A stretch of DNA of 64,000 bases from an uncultured delta proteobacterium (GCA_963782055.1 CAWAIF010000003.1:704001-768000); one strand, 5' to 3'; shown: positions 42,437-52,747, counted from the first letter of the stretch. Notes: generated from the letters alone by a model not told the origin. Numbers and translations are program-made.

Positions 42437-45400
42437 ATGGCCTCCACCGGCGACATCCCGCGCGACACCACGATAGCGGGGCGGTTCCTCGTGGGCGACC
42501 TCGCCGGGCGAGGGGCCTCCGGCGCCGTGTATCGCGCGCAGGACCTCCAGACCGGCGGCGACGTCGCCCTCAAGGTCATCCGCGCGGACGACACGCCGGA
42601 GCACTTCCGCCGCGAGGCGCGCGTGCTCGAGGGCCTGCGCCACCCCGCGATCGTGTCCTACGTCGCCCACGGGACGACCGACGACGGGCGCTTCTACCTC
42701 GCGCTGGAGTGGCTGCAGGGCGAGACGCTCGCCGCGCGCCTTCGCCGCGCACCCCTCGGCACGGCCGAGTCGGTGCTCCTCGCGGGGGCGGTCGCGCGGG
42801 CGCTCGGCCACGCCCACGCCGCGGGGATCATCCATCGCGACATCAAGCCCTCCAACCTCTTCTTGCCTGGCGGCGGGGCCGGTGACGTCAAGGTGCTCGA
42901 CTTCGGGATCGCGCGGATGGCGGAGGGCACGCGCATCACGCGCACCGGGCTGCTGCTCGGCACGCCCGGGTACATGGCGCCCGAGCAAGCGCGCGGCGCT
43001 CCGGTCGACGCGCGCGCCGACCTGTTCTCCCTCGGCTGCGTGCTGTACCGCTGCCTGAGCGGCGTCGCGCCCTTCGCCGCGGAGCACGTCACCGCGACGC
43101 TGGCGAAGGTCCTCTTCGAGGAGCCCGCCCCGCTGCGGACGCTGCGCCGCGAGGTCTCGCCCGAGCTGGAGGCGCTCGTGGTGCGCTTGCTCGCCAAGGA
43201 CCCCGCTGGCCGCCCGGCCGGCGCCGAGGCCCTGCTCGACGAGCTCGCGCGCGTCCCCGGCGATCTCCGGCCCACCTCGGTGCCGCCGGCGGCCGCGTCG
43301 GCGCCGTCCCTCACCATGACCGAGCGCCGCTTCGTGACGGTGGTCCTCGCCCGCGCGGACGGCGCCGACGCCGGCGTCCCGGTCGACGTCGAGATCAGCG
43401 AGTCCCTGGCGCGGGACATGACCGTGCGGACCGACCACCCCACGCTCGACCAGCCTCCTCGCTCCGATCGCGGTCCGGCGGCCGCGGGCGCCCAGATCGT
43501 CCGGCTCGTCGACGGCACGCTCGCGGCCACCTTCGCCGGGCCGATGTCGGTCGTGGATCACGCCGGGCAGGCCGCGCGCTTCGCCCTGCTCCTGCGTCGC
43601 TCGCTTCCGGAGGGGCGCATCGTGGTCGCGACCGGCCGCGGCGTCGTCGACGGGCGTGTCCCGATGGGCGAGGTCATCGACCGCGCAGCGTCGATGCTGG
43701 ACCGCGCGCAGGGCGAGCTCGACGGCGTGGCGCTCGACGAGCCGAGCGCCCGCTTGCTGGAGGGCCGCTTCGACATCGTGACCGACGGCCACGAGCAGGT
43801 GTTGCTCGGCGACCGCCGCGCCCCTGCGGCCGCGCGCACCTTGCTCGGCAAGCCCAGCCCGCACGTGGGTCGCGAGCGCGAGGTGGCGATGTTCGGCGGT
43901 CTCCTGGACGAGTGCGTCGCCGAGTCCACGACGCGGTGCGCGGTGCTCACCGGTCCGGCCGGTCTGGGCAAGACGCGCCTCGTCGCGGAGGTCCTCGAGC
44001 GCGCGCGCGACAGGCACCCGACGCTGGCCACGTGGTTCGCGCGCGGGGACCCCATCAGCGCGGGCTCCTCCTTCGGGCTCGCCTCCGACCTCCTGCGCGA
44101 CGCGGCCGGAGCGCGCCGCGGGCAGTCGCTCGCCGCCCGGCGCACGCTGCTGCTGGGCGTGCTCGAGCAGACGGCGGCGCCCGAGCCGGAGGCCGAGCGC
44201 ATCGCCGCGGCCCTCGCCGTCCTGGTGGGGGGCGACGACGACGGTCTGCCCGGCGACCCGCGCTCCTACGGCGACCGCGTGCGCACGGCGTGGGAGGACC
44301 TGGTCCGGCGCGTGGGGGAGACGCGGCCGATCGTCATCGTCCTCGACGACCTCCACTGGGGCGACCTCGCTTCGGTACGACTGGTGGAGTCGGCGATGCG
44401 AAACTTGCAGGATACACCTTTGTGCGTCCTCGCCGTGGCGCGCCCCGACGTGGAGACGCGCTTCCCGGGCCTCTGGGACGAGCGCGCGCCCTTGCGGGTG
44501 CGCCTGTCCGACCTGACGCCTCGCGCGGCCCGGCGCCTCGTCCACTCCGTGCTGGGCGACGCCGGGGAGTCGCTCGTCGAGCGCATCGTGGAGCGCGCGG
44601 CGGGCAACGCCTTCCACCTGGAAGAGCTCGTGCGCGCGGCGGCGGAGGGACGCGGCGGCTCGCTGCCCGAGACGGTGCTGGCGATGGTCTCCGAGCGCCT
44701 CCAGTCGCTCGACCCGGAGGTGCGTCGCCTGCTCCGCGCCGCCAGCGTCTTCGGCGAGACCTTCTGGGAGCAGGGCGTGCTCTCGTTGCTCGGGGAGGCG
44801 GAGGACGCCTCGTGGTCGGCGTGGGCGGGGCGGCTGGCGGAGCTGGTGCGTCAGGAGCTCGTCGTCGCCTCGACGGCGTCGCAGTTCGCCGGCGACGTGG
44901 AGTACCGCTTCCGCCACGGGCTCGTGCGCGACGCCGCCTACGCGACGCTCACCGAGGCGGACCGCGTCGTCGGCCACCGCATCGCCGGCGAGTGGCTGTC
45001 CGCCGCGGGGAGCGCCGACGCCCGCGCGCTCGCCGAGCACTTCGAGCGGGGAGGCGCGCCGGAGCGCGCCGCCAGCTTCTCCCTGCGTGCGGCCCAGCAG
45101 TCGCTGCTCGGCGGCGATGTCGCCTCCGTGCTGGAGCTGTGCACGCGCGCTCGCCGCTGCGACCCGGCGACCGGCGCCGCCGAGCTGGCGCGCCTCGAGG
45201 CGGAGGCGCACCTCTGGCGCGGCGAGTTCACGCGCGCGGAGGAGCGGGCGGAGGCGTGCCTCGCGGCGTCGACGACCGAAGACGCGGCGTGGTGGTCGGC
45301 GGCGGCGACCCTCGTCGTCTCCTGCCTCCGCCGCGAAGGCTGGGACCGCATCCTCGCCGTCTACGAGGCGATGCGCGCGGCGCCGTTCCGACCGCGCGTC

Positions 45401-46336
45401 GCGCCCACGCGCCTCTTCGCGGCGTCGCGCGTGGCCGTGCACCTCTGCGCGGCCGGTCGCTTCGCCGAGGCGGACGAGCTGCTCGGATCCATCCGCGGCG
45501 ACGTCGCGCGCCTGGACGACCCCGACACCGCGACGCTCGGCGCGGTGCGCGTGGCCGAGGCGATGCGCGCGCTGTGTGCGGGCGACATCGCCGGGTGCCG
45601 CGGGGGGATGGCGGACGCGGCCGACCTCTTCGGGCGCGCGGGCGATCTCCGCAACGTGTGCATCACCGAGAGCAACCTGGGGTTCTGCAACGCAGAGCTC
45701 GGCGCCTACGCCGAGGCCGAGGCCGTCCTCCGCGCGACGGTCGCGCGGGCGCGGCGGCTCGGCATCTTCGCCGTGGAGTACAGCGCCATGCACAACCTGG
45801 GCTACGCGTTGCTGCGGCTCGGTCGTGTCGAGGAGGCGCGCGCGATGGAGCGCGAGTGCGTCGAGATGCTGGAGAAGCAGGGTGACCGGCGGCTCGCCGG
45901 GGGCTCGCGCCTCTACCTGGCCCTCATCGCGCTGGAGACGGGCGATCTGGTGGAGGCGGAGGCGGAGGTCGCCCGGGCGATGGACCTGCTCGCCGAGACG
46001 CCGCCGGTGCGCGCCTTCGCGCTGGCGGTGCTCGCCCGCACGCGACTCGGACAGGGGCGCGTGGAGGAGGCGCGCGCGGCGTCCGCGGAGGCGAGCGCGC
46101 TCCTCGCAGAGCTGGGCGCGATGGAGCAAGGCGAGTCGCTCGTGCGCCTCGCCGAGGCCGAGACGCTCCTCGCCACCGGCGACAGGGAGGGCGCGAGGCG
46201 CGCCGTGGCCGTCGCCCGCGATCGGTTGGCGGATCGCGCGGCGAAGATGACCGACGAGGTGCTGCGAGCGTCCTTCCTGGAGTGCGTGCCGGAGCACTCC
46301 CGCACGCGCGCGCTCGCCGACGAGCTGGGGGCCTGA
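42437..46336 (+). CDS. Ser/Thr kinase + degenerate cyclase-like + AAA ATPase + TPR protein
   Basis: HRDIKPSN, VLDFGIA, GTPGYMAPEQ; VGRERE, GPAGLGKT, LDDLHW, GNAFHLEEL, YRFRHGLVRDAAY, TPRs. Confidence 0.93.
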   Translation: MASTGDIPRDTTIAGRFLVGDLAGRGASGAVYRAQDLQTGGDVALKVIRADDTPEHFRREARVLEGLRHPAIVSYVAHGTTDDGRFYLALEWLQGETLAARLRRAPLGTAESVLLAGAVARALGHAHAAGIIHRDIKPSNLFLPGGGAGDVKVLDFGIARMAEGTRITRTGLLLGTPGYMAPEQARGAPVDARADLFSLGCVLYRCLSGVAPFAAEHVTATLAKVLFEEPAPLRTLRREVSPELEALVVRLLAKDPAGRPAGAEALLDELARVPGDLRPTSVPPAAASAPSLTMTERRFVTVVLARADGADAGVPVDVEISESLARDMTVRTDHPTLDQPPRSDRGPAAAGAQIVRLVDGTLAATFAGPMSVVDHAGQAARFALLLRRSLPEGRIVVATGRGVVDGRVPMGEVIDRAASMLDRAQGELDGVALDEPSARLLEGRFDIVTDGHEQVLLGDRRAPAAARTLLGKPSPHVGREREVAMFGGLLDECVAESTTRCAVLTGPAGLGKTRLVAEVLERARDRHPTLATWFARGDPISAGSSFGLASDLLRDAAGARRGQSLAARRTLLLGVLEQTAAPEPEAERIAAALAVLVGGDDDGLPGDPRSYGDRVRTAWEDLVRRVGETRPIVIVLDDLHWGDLASVRLVESAMRNLQDTPLCVLAVARPDVETRFPGLWDERAPLRVRLSDLTPRAARRLVHSVLGDAGESLVERIVERAAGNAFHLEELVRAAAEGRGGSLPETVLAMVSERLQSLDPEVRRLLRAASVFGETFWEQGVLSLLGEAEDASWSAWAGRLAELVRQELVVASTASQFAGDVEYRFRHGLVRDAAYATLTEADRVVGHRIAGEWLSAAGSADARALAEHFERGGAPERAASFSLRAAQQSLLGGDVASVLELCTRARRCDPATGAAELARLEAEAHLWRGEFTRAEERAEACLAASTTEDAAWWSAAATLVVSCLRREGWDRILAVYEAMRAAPFRPRVAPTRLFAASRVAVHLCAAGRFAEADELLGSIRGDVARLDDPDTATLGAVRVAEAMRALCAGDIAGCRGGMADAADLFGRAGDLRNVCITESNLGFCNAELGAYAEAEAVLRATVARARRLGIFAVEYSAMHNLGYALLRLGRVEEARAMERECVEMLEKQGDRRLAGGSRLYLALIALETGDLVEAEAEVARAMDLLAETPPVRAFALAVLARTRLGQGRVEEARAASAEASALLAELGAMEQGESLVRLAEAETLLATGDREGARRAVAVARDRLADRAAKMTDEVLRASFLECVPEHSRTRALADELGA

Positions 46337-46357
46337 GCGCGTCCCCCCGTCGCGTGG

Positions 46358-46771
46358 CTACTTGTCGTCCTCGGCCTCGCCGGGCTTCGGGGTCTCGGCG
46401 TCGTGCGAGGCGTCCGGCGGGGGCGCGGGGTCGGAGGGTTTGCGGCCGACGACGTCGCGCTCCAGCGTCTTGGCGACGTTCTCGAACGCGCGCCCCATCT
46501 CGTGCAGGCTGGTGCGCAGCGCGCCCTCGATGCCCTCGGTGGGGAGCTTCTCGAGGGCCTTCTGGAGATCGTCGACGCCGCCGCGGAACGCCTCCTCCAC
46601 CTTGTCGGCGTGGACCTTGTCCTTCGCCTTGTGGGCCGCGACCTGCGCGGCGGCCTTGGCGGCGCGGAAGAGAAGGCCGACGCCCTTCTTGAGATCGGCG
46701 ACCGGATCGTCGTCCGGGTCGGGCGGAGGCGCCGCGGGCGGAGGGGTGGTGGGGCTGTCGTCGTCGGTCAT
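46358..46771 (-). CDS. Hypothetical helical protein
   Basis: GC3-biased ORF with amphipathic helices; TATGAT 6 nt upstream of the ATG. Confidence 0.65.
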   Translation of the reverse strand: MTDDDSPTTPPPAAPPPDPDDDPVADLKKGVGLLFRAAKAAAQVAAHKAKDKVHADKVEEAFRGGVDDLQKALEKLPTEGIEGALRTSLHEMGRAFENVAKTLERDVVGRKPSDPAPPPDASHDAETPKPGEAEDDK

Positions 46772-46810
46772 GGGGGGATCATAGCGCAGCGGAGGATTCA
46801 TCCCGTCCTC

Positions 46811-48574
46811 TCAGGGCAGGTCGGTGGTGGCCTGCCGGCGTACCGCGGCGCAGTACGGGCTGCCCTCCACCGCACGGGCGTTCAGGCTCCAGAACCACCC
46901 GTCCAGCGCGTGCGCGGACGCCGCGTCGTCCCGCCGCAGCAGGCGCATCTCGGCGAGCAGCGCCTCACCCCCGCACACCACCATCAGCCTCATCTGCGCG
47001 GTCATCGGGCTGCCCGCGAACTCCACGTACCGGTAGCTCGCCGGCCCGAAGGGCGTGGCCATGCCGCCGTCGACGATGCGGTCCGGCTTGCCCAGCTTCG
47101 CCGTGCCCTGCAGCAGGGCCTGCTTCATGACGCGGATGACGTCCGGCGTGGGCCGCACCGAGCTCAGGACCGTCACGTCGGAGCTGACGTGGTTGGTCAT
47201 CAGCAGCAGCAGCCCGCGCGGCCCGTTGGCGTCGAGCTCGTAGCCCGCCGGCGCCTTGAAGTGCAGGCCGACGAACGGGTCGACGAAGCTGTCCTCCACG
47301 ATCACCCCCCGGTACTCCGCGCGGGCCTCGATGGGCGCGGGCGCCGGCGGGATCGTCACGTCTCCCAGCGGGGGCTTGGGACGCGGGGCTGGCCCGACGA
47401 GCGCCGCCGGGTCCACACGGGCGGCCCGCGCATCCTCTCCGGAGAGGAACGCCACCACCGTGCCGCTGCGCTCCGTGCGTCCGTCGGTGGCCAGCAGCCG
47501 CTGCACCTCCGCCGCCTCCCGCTCGCCGGAGAAGGCGAGCGTCCAGGAGTCGAACTCGTGCCCCTTGCCGTCGCTCGCCGACAGCAGCGTGTCGCCGCGC
47601 CACGCCGCGCCGATGCGCGCGACGTGGTCCGCGCTCTCGCCGAGCTTCCACAGCAGCTGCCGCAGCCCGTACTCGCCGACCGAGTCGTGCAGGTCCGCCC
47701 GGAAGCCGGCGGGCGGCGTCACGCCCCTCACCGGCTCGACCGGCCGCCCCGCGACGAAGTCCTCCGGGTGATAGATGTACGCGGTCGCCGCCGGCCGCAC
47801 GGCGTACAGCTTGTCGACGAGGGGGAAGCCGCCGGCGCGGTAGATGGCCCCGACGAACAGCGTGCCCCACACGTACGGGAACATCACCGCCTCGCGCGTG
47901 GTGGCCGGCTGCGCGCGCAGCGCGGGGTCGGCCAGGTACTCGGGGTGGCGCACCTCGTCGGGCACCGTCTCGTCGGTCGTCGACGCCTCGACGACCGAGC
48001 GCTTCACCGGCCGCCCTTCGAGGTACGCCTCCGCCGCGACGCGGGTGATCTCCGCGTCGCCCTCCAGCACCGCGCGCATGGCGTGGACCGCGTCGGGCGA
48101 CAGCCCGTCGTACAGCCGCTCCAGCCCGAAGTGTTGATCCTGCAGCGCGTGGGTCAGCTCGTGCGCCAGCGTCCCGCTCAGGCTCTGGTCGCGCAGCCAC
48201 GGCGGCCGATCGCGCCGCACGAAGATGCCCCGTGTCGTCGGGTCGTAGAAGCCGACGAAGTAGCGCGCGTCCTCCTGGGGGTCGCGCGGCGCCGAGGGGG
48301 CGACCCCGTACTTCGCACGCCGCCGCGCGACGCCCTCCTCGAAGACGCGATCGAACTCCTCGTCCGACACGCGGCGGAGGGGGATGGGCCGCGTGGGCGT
48401 GAGGCCGCGCACGTGAACGACGGCGGCGAGGACCTTCTGCACGTCCACGTGCTCCTCCGCCGACGGCCTCGTGGGCCCACCCGACGACCCGGGCAGGGTG
48501 GTGCCGACCGGCGCGAGCGGCGCCTGCGGCGCGCACGCCGCGAGCAGCGCGAGCATGAGGGCGACTCGGCGCAT
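46811..48574 (-). CDS. Lipoprotein with HEXXH zinc-metallopeptidase domain (LpqM/DUF6782-like)
   Basis: LAAC lipobox; GFYDP, TLAHELTHALQDQHF, VLEGDA, FPYVWG, GEYGL, WRGD. Confidence 0.8.
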   Translation of the reverse strand: MRRVALMLALLAACAPQAPLAPVGTTLPGSSGGPTRPSAEEHVDVQKVLAAVVHVRGLTPTRPIPLRRVSDEEFDRVFEEGVARRRAKYGVAPSAPRDPQEDARYFVGFYDPTTRGIFVRRDRPPWLRDQSLSGTLAHELTHALQDQHFGLERLYDGLSPDAVHAMRAVLEGDAEITRVAAEAYLEGRPVKRSVVEASTTDETVPDEVRHPEYLADPALRAQPATTREAVMFPYVWGTLFVGAIYRAGGFPLVDKLYAVRPAATAYIYHPEDFVAGRPVEPVRGVTPPAGFRADLHDSVGEYGLRQLLWKLGESADHVARIGAAWRGDTLLSASDGKGHEFDSWTLAFSGEREAAEVQRLLATDGRTERSGTVVAFLSGEDARAARVDPAALVGPAPRPKPPLGDVTIPPAPAPIEARAEYRGVIVEDSFVDPFVGLHFKAPAGYELDANGPRGLLLLMTNHVSSDVTVLSSVRPTPDVIRVMKQALLQGTAKLGKPDRIVDGGMATPFGPASYRYVEFAGSPMTAQMRLMVVCGGEALLAEMRLLRRDDAASAHALDGWFWSLNARAVEGSPYCAAVRRQATTDLP

Positions 48575-48641
48575 CCGCCCAGCTTAGCAGCGGGGGCGGC
48601 GCGGGGTTGCAGGTCCCCCCACTTGGCGGTACTCGTCGCGC

Positions 48642-50069
48642 GTGAACACACGCGCCCTCGCCGCTCTCGCCGCCCTCGTGCTCGTCCTCCCCGCCACCCG
48701 CGTCCACGCGGGCGGGGGGCCCGCCCCCGCCCCCGGGCCGAAGCCGGCGCCCATCTTCCCGATGACGGTGGACACCCTCCCCAACGGGCTCACCGTGGTC
48801 ACCGTCCCGATGGCCCACTCCGGCGCGGTCGCCTTCTACACCCTCGTGCGCGCGGGATCGCGCGACGAGGTCGAGCCCGGCAGGAGCGGCTACGCCCACC
48901 TCTTCGAGCACCTCATGTTCCGCGGCACCGCCAAGATCCCCGCCGCCGACTACGAGAAGCGCATGCAGGCGATGGGCTCCGACAACAACGCCTTCACCAC
49001 CGACGACTTCACCTTCTTCACGCCGCTCGTGCCGAAGGAGTCGCTGGCCGAGCTCGTCCCCGTCGAGGCCGACCGCTTCCAGCACCTCGACGTGGCCGAG
49101 CGCCCCTACAAGGACGAGACCGGCGCGGTGCTCGGCGAGTACAACAAGGACTTCTCCAACCCGTACTGGTTCATGGACGAGGCGCTGCACGAGCTCGCCT
49201 TCAAGCAGCACACCTACGGGCACACCACGCTCGGCTTCAAGCGCGACGTGGAGGCGATGCCCAGAAACTACGCCTACTCCAAGCTCTTCTTCTCCCGCTT
49301 CTACACCCCGGACGACTGCGTCATCTTCGCCGTGGGCGACGTCGAGCGCGAGCGCGTGCTCGCCCTCGTCAAGCAGAGCTACGGCGACTGGAAGGGCAAG
49401 CGCGCCCAGCCGGCAATCAAGAAGGAGCCGGCGCAGACGGCGCCGCGCGTGAAGGCGCTCGTCTGGAAGGGCCCGACCACCCCGCGCATGATCATCGCGT
49501 ACAAGGTCCCCGCCGCCAGCCAGGTGGACGACGTCGCCGCCCTCTCCGTCCTCGCCACGCTGGTCTTCGGCGAGCCGAGCGAGCTCTACCAGCGCCTGGT
49601 GGTCAAGGAGCAGAAGGCCATCGCTCTCGAGGCCGATCCCGACGAGACGCTGCACAAGGACCCGGGGGTGATGCGCGTCGACGTGCGCCTCAAGCCGGGC
49701 GTCGCCTTCGCCGACATCACCGGGGCGGTGCAGTCCTCGCTCGACGCCGTCGCCGGCGGCGCCGCGAAGCCGGCGGACGTGGAGGCCGCGCGCCGCCACC
49801 TGGTGAGCTCCATCACCCTCTCCATGCAGACCCCCGGCGCCGTCGCCGAGCGCATCGCCTACCTCGCCGCCACCACGGGCGACGTGCACGGCTTCAATCG
49901 CTACATGGCCGCCGTCGAGCAGGTCACTCCCGCCGACATCGCGCGCGTCGCCAAGGCGTACCTGGTGCCGGCGCGCCGCGACGTCGTCACCCTCTCGCCA
50001 CCCCCACCGGCGAAGGCCAAGGCCCCGAAGAAGGGGGACACCACCCCGAAGAAGGGAGGCAAGAAGTGA
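48642..50069 (+). CDS. M16 (pitrilysin-family) peptidase, catalytic subunit
   Basis: Signal peptide, LPNGLTV, GSRDE..GRSGYAHLFEHLMF, NAFT.DDFT, FYTP. Confidence 0.92.
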   Translation: MNTRALAALAALVLVLPATRVHAGGGPAPAPGPKPAPIFPMTVDTLPNGLTVVTVPMAHSGAVAFYTLVRAGSRDEVEPGRSGYAHLFEHLMFRGTAKIPAADYEKRMQAMGSDNNAFTTDDFTFFTPLVPKESLAELVPVEADRFQHLDVAERPYKDETGAVLGEYNKDFSNPYWFMDEALHELAFKQHTYGHTTLGFKRDVEAMPRNYAYSKLFFSRFYTPDDCVIFAVGDVERERVLALVKQSYGDWKGKRAQPAIKKEPAQTAPRVKALVWKGPTTPRMIIAYKVPAASQVDDVAALSVLATLVFGEPSELYQRLVVKEQKAIALEADPDETLHKDPGVMRVDVRLKPGVAFADITGAVQSSLDAVAGGAAKPADVEAARRHLVSSITLSMQTPGAVAERIAYLAATTGDVHGFNRYMAAVEQVTPADIARVAKAYLVPARRDVVTLSPPPPAKAKAPKKGDTTPKKGGKK

Positions 50070-51631
50070 TGCGCCGTCTCGTCGCCGCCGCGCCGCTCGC
50101 CGCCGCGCTCCTCGCCTGCCACGGCGAGCCCCCGCTCAAGGTCGCCGGCCCCACCACCGCCAAACCCCCCGGCGCCACCACCGTCGCGCAGGAGCAGGGC
50201 GTCAAGAGCGTCGCGCAGCGCGACCCCTCCTCCCGCGTCGTCGCCTTCCGCATCCTGTTCAACGGCGGCTCCGCCGACGACCCGCCGGGCAAGGAGGGCC
50301 TCACCGCCCTCACCGCCGCCATGACGGCGGAGAGCGGCACCACCAAGCTCACCTACGCCGAGCTGGCCAAGGCGCTCTACCCCTTCGCGGCCTCCATCGA
50401 CGCGCACGTCGACCGCGATCAGACCGTGTTCGAGGTGCAGGTCGCCGCCTCCAGCCTGAAGGACTTCTACCCGCTGCTGCGCGACGTGATCCTCACCCCG
50501 CGCCTGGACGAGGCCTCCTTCCAGCGACTCGAGACGCGCGCCCACAGCGAGCTGGTGGACGATCTTCGCGGCGCCGATGACGAGGAGCTCGGCAAGGAGG
50601 CGCTCCAGGCCTTCCTCTACGAGGGCCACCCCTACGGCCACCCCGCGGTCGGCACCGAGGCCGGCCTCGCCGCCCTCACCCGGGCCGACGTGGACGCGCA
50701 GCGCAAGCATGTATTCTGCAAAGATCGTGTCGTCCTGGGCATCGCCGGCAACTACCCGGAGGGCTTCGACAAGACCGTCGCCAAGGACCTCGCCGCGCTC
50801 CCCGCGTGCGACGCGCCGCGCGCCTCCTTGCCCGCGCCGCGCAAGATCGCCCGCACGCAGGTCCTCATCGTCGACAAGCCTGGCGCCGACGCCACCGCCA
50901 TCTCCCTCGGCTACCCGACGGACATGACACGCGCCAGCGACGACTACCCGGCCGTCTTCTTCTTCACCAGCTACGTGGGCCTGCATCGCCAGTCGGCCGG
51001 CGTGCTCTACAACCGCCTGCGCGAGGAGCGCGGCCTCAACTACGGCGACTACGCCTACTCCGAGTACTTCGAGCAGGAGGGCTGGGAGCGCATCACCCAG
51101 CCGGACATCGCGCGGCGCCAGCAGATGATCAGCATCTGGATCCGCCCGGTGAAGCCGGCGAACGGCCCCTTCGCGCTGCGCGGGGCGCTCCACTACTGGC
51201 AGAAGACCGTCGCCTCCGGCATCCCCGACGAGGAGGTCGCGCGCTTCCGGACCTTCCTCTCGCGCTACGAGGGCCTGGAGCAGCAGACGGCCTCGCGCCG
51301 CCTGGGCTACGCCCTGGACGACCTGAGCTACGGCCTCGCCACGCCTTACCTCGAGCGGATGCGCACCGCGTGGTCCGGCCTCACGGCGGCGAAGCTGAAG
51401 GAGGCGATCGCCCGCCGCATCGCCGGCCACCCCTTCGCCATCGCCATCGTCACCAAGGACGGCGCCGCGCTGAAGAAGACGCTGGTCGAGGGCGGCCCCA
51501 CGCCGCCGACCTACGACTCCCCCAAGCCGAAGGAGATCCTGGAGGAGGACAAGACCATCGAGGCCCTCCCCCTGCACCTGAAGGACACCGACGTCACCGT
51601 CATCCCCGTCGACAAGATGTTCGCCAGGTGA
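50069..51631 (+). CDS. M16 peptidase non-catalytic partner subunit, lipoprotein
   Basis: TGATG coupling; LLAC lipobox; GKEGL, HPYGHP, LREERGLNY; no HXXEH. Confidence 0.85.
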   Translation: MRRLVAAAPLAAALLACHGEPPLKVAGPTTAKPPGATTVAQEQGVKSVAQRDPSSRVVAFRILFNGGSADDPPGKEGLTALTAAMTAESGTTKLTYAELAKALYPFAASIDAHVDRDQTVFEVQVAASSLKDFYPLLRDVILTPRLDEASFQRLETRAHSELVDDLRGADDEELGKEALQAFLYEGHPYGHPAVGTEAGLAALTRADVDAQRKHVFCKDRVVLGIAGNYPEGFDKTVAKDLAALPACDAPRASLPAPRKIARTQVLIVDKPGADATAISLGYPTDMTRASDDYPAVFFFTSYVGLHRQSAGVLYNRLREERGLNYGDYAYSEYFEQEGWERITQPDIARRQQMISIWIRPVKPANGPFALRGALHYWQKTVASGIPDEEVARFRTFLSRYEGLEQQTASRRLGYALDDLSYGLATPYLERMRTAWSGLTAAKLKEAIARRIAGHPFAIAIVTKDGAALKKTLVEGGPTPPTYDSPKPKEILEEDKTIEALPLHLKDTDVTVIPVDKMFAR

Positions 51632-51686
51632 CCCCTCTCCCACCGCGCCGCGGTTGCGAGCCGGTAACACCGGTGGGGGGTGAGCC

Positions 51687-52397
51687 TCACGCCACGCGGC
51701 GCTTGCGCATCTCGTAGTACACGCGCTTCGCGGGCTGCGAGACCAGCACCGCCTGTCGCCGGAAGATGGAGCGCGGCACCTTCTCCGTCTCGCGCAGCAC
51801 CATGGCGGTGAGCCGCCCGCCGTAGACACACCCGGTGTCCAGGCCGGTGGCCCAAGGGTGGAGCTGCAAGCCGGGCAGCGCGTTGTGCCCGAACACCACG
51901 TGCGGCGCGCCGGCGTAGACGGAGCCCCAGAGCACGTGATGCTGGCCGAGCTTGCGGCTCGGCCCGCCGCGCACATCGACGGTGCGGATGTGCATGAGCG
52001 TCTCGCGGTTCTGCTCCTCCATCGGCACGCCGGGCACGACGCCCGCGTGCACGATGCGCAGGCCGTGCTCCGGCAGATCGATCCAGATGGGGGAGGTCTC
52101 CAGGAGTGTCCAGTCCACCGGGCGCATCGCCCGGGCGACCTCCAGGTGCAGCCGGCCCAGCGGCGAGGCCACCGGATCGCGCCGGTAGTCGAGCAGCTTC
52201 TGCTCGTGATTGCCGCGCACGATCACCGCGCCGGTGCGGCGCGCGACGTCGAGCACGCCCGGCGAGTCCGGCCCGCGCGCGATGAGGTCTCCCACGAAGA
52301 TGAGGCGGTCACCGCTGGCGAAACCCACCCGGTCCAGCAGAGCCTCCAGCTCTGCCCGGCAGCCGTGCACATCGCCGACGATGATCGTTCTACCCAT
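51687..52397 (-). CDS. Calcineurin-like metallophosphoesterase (ApaH/PrpE-like)
   Basis: GDVHGC, VGDLIARGPDS, RGNHE, VHAG, FGH, LDTGCVYGG.LTA; GAGGAGG RBS. Confidence 0.92.
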   Translation of the reverse strand: MGRTIIVGDVHGCRAELEALLDRVGFASGDRLIFVGDLIARGPDSPGVLDVARRTGAVIVRGNHEQKLLDYRRDPVASPLGRLHLEVARAMRPVDWTLLETSPIWIDLPEHGLRIVHAGVVPGVPMEEQNRETLMHIRTVDVRGGPSRKLGQHHVLWGSVYAGAPHVVFGHNALPGLQLHPWATGLDTGCVYGGRLTAMVLRETEKVPRSIFRRQAVLVSQPAKRVYYEMRKRRVA

Positions 52398-52495
52398 GGC
52401 CTCCTCGCGTCATGCCGAGCGGCCTTCGCTCCACCGGGAGAATGCCTGCTCACGCGGCCGGTGCCAACCCCCGATTACGGTCCATCCGTACAGAT

Positions 52496-52523
52496 TGTGG
52501 ATAACTCGCTCAACCATTTGAAA
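52496..52523. promoter_or_regulatory. Perfect DnaA box plus adjacent IHF-like site
   Basis: TGTGGATAA (52496-52504) = reverse complement of TTATCCACA; reverse complement of 52511-52523 = TTTCAAATGGTTG, 1 mismatch to WATCAANNNNTTR. Confidence 0.45.
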
Positions 52524-52562
52524 TCACTTGGCCCGTGATCCGCCCAAGGCCCCGGAAGGCTC

Positions 52563-52578
52563 TGGCACGGAGGTTGGA
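52563..52578 (+). promoter_or_regulatory. sigma54-like promoter with no downstream CDS
   Basis: TGGCACGGAGGTTGGA: perfect -24 element, -12 element TTGG instead of TTGC. Confidence 0.45.
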
Positions 52579-52592
52579 AGAGAGGACCTGAA

Positions 52593-52655
52593 CACCGCGG
52601 GGGTGGCGAAGGCAATTCCCGGCCGCCCTTCGCCACTCCCGCGGTGGACTTCTTT
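52593..52655 (+). ncRNA. Candidate small RNA / strong hairpin
   Basis: CACCGCGGGGGTGGCGAAGG-N14-CCTTCGCCACTCCCGCGGTG (20-bp stem, one G-U) followed by GACTTCTTT. Confidence 0.35.
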
Positions 52656-52747
52656 GCGTGGTCCTTCCTTCCATCGATGACCACGTCCGCCCCCCCTGTC
52701 CACCCGATCCCCGCTCCCGCCTCAATCGTCAGCAAGCTCCCAATCCC

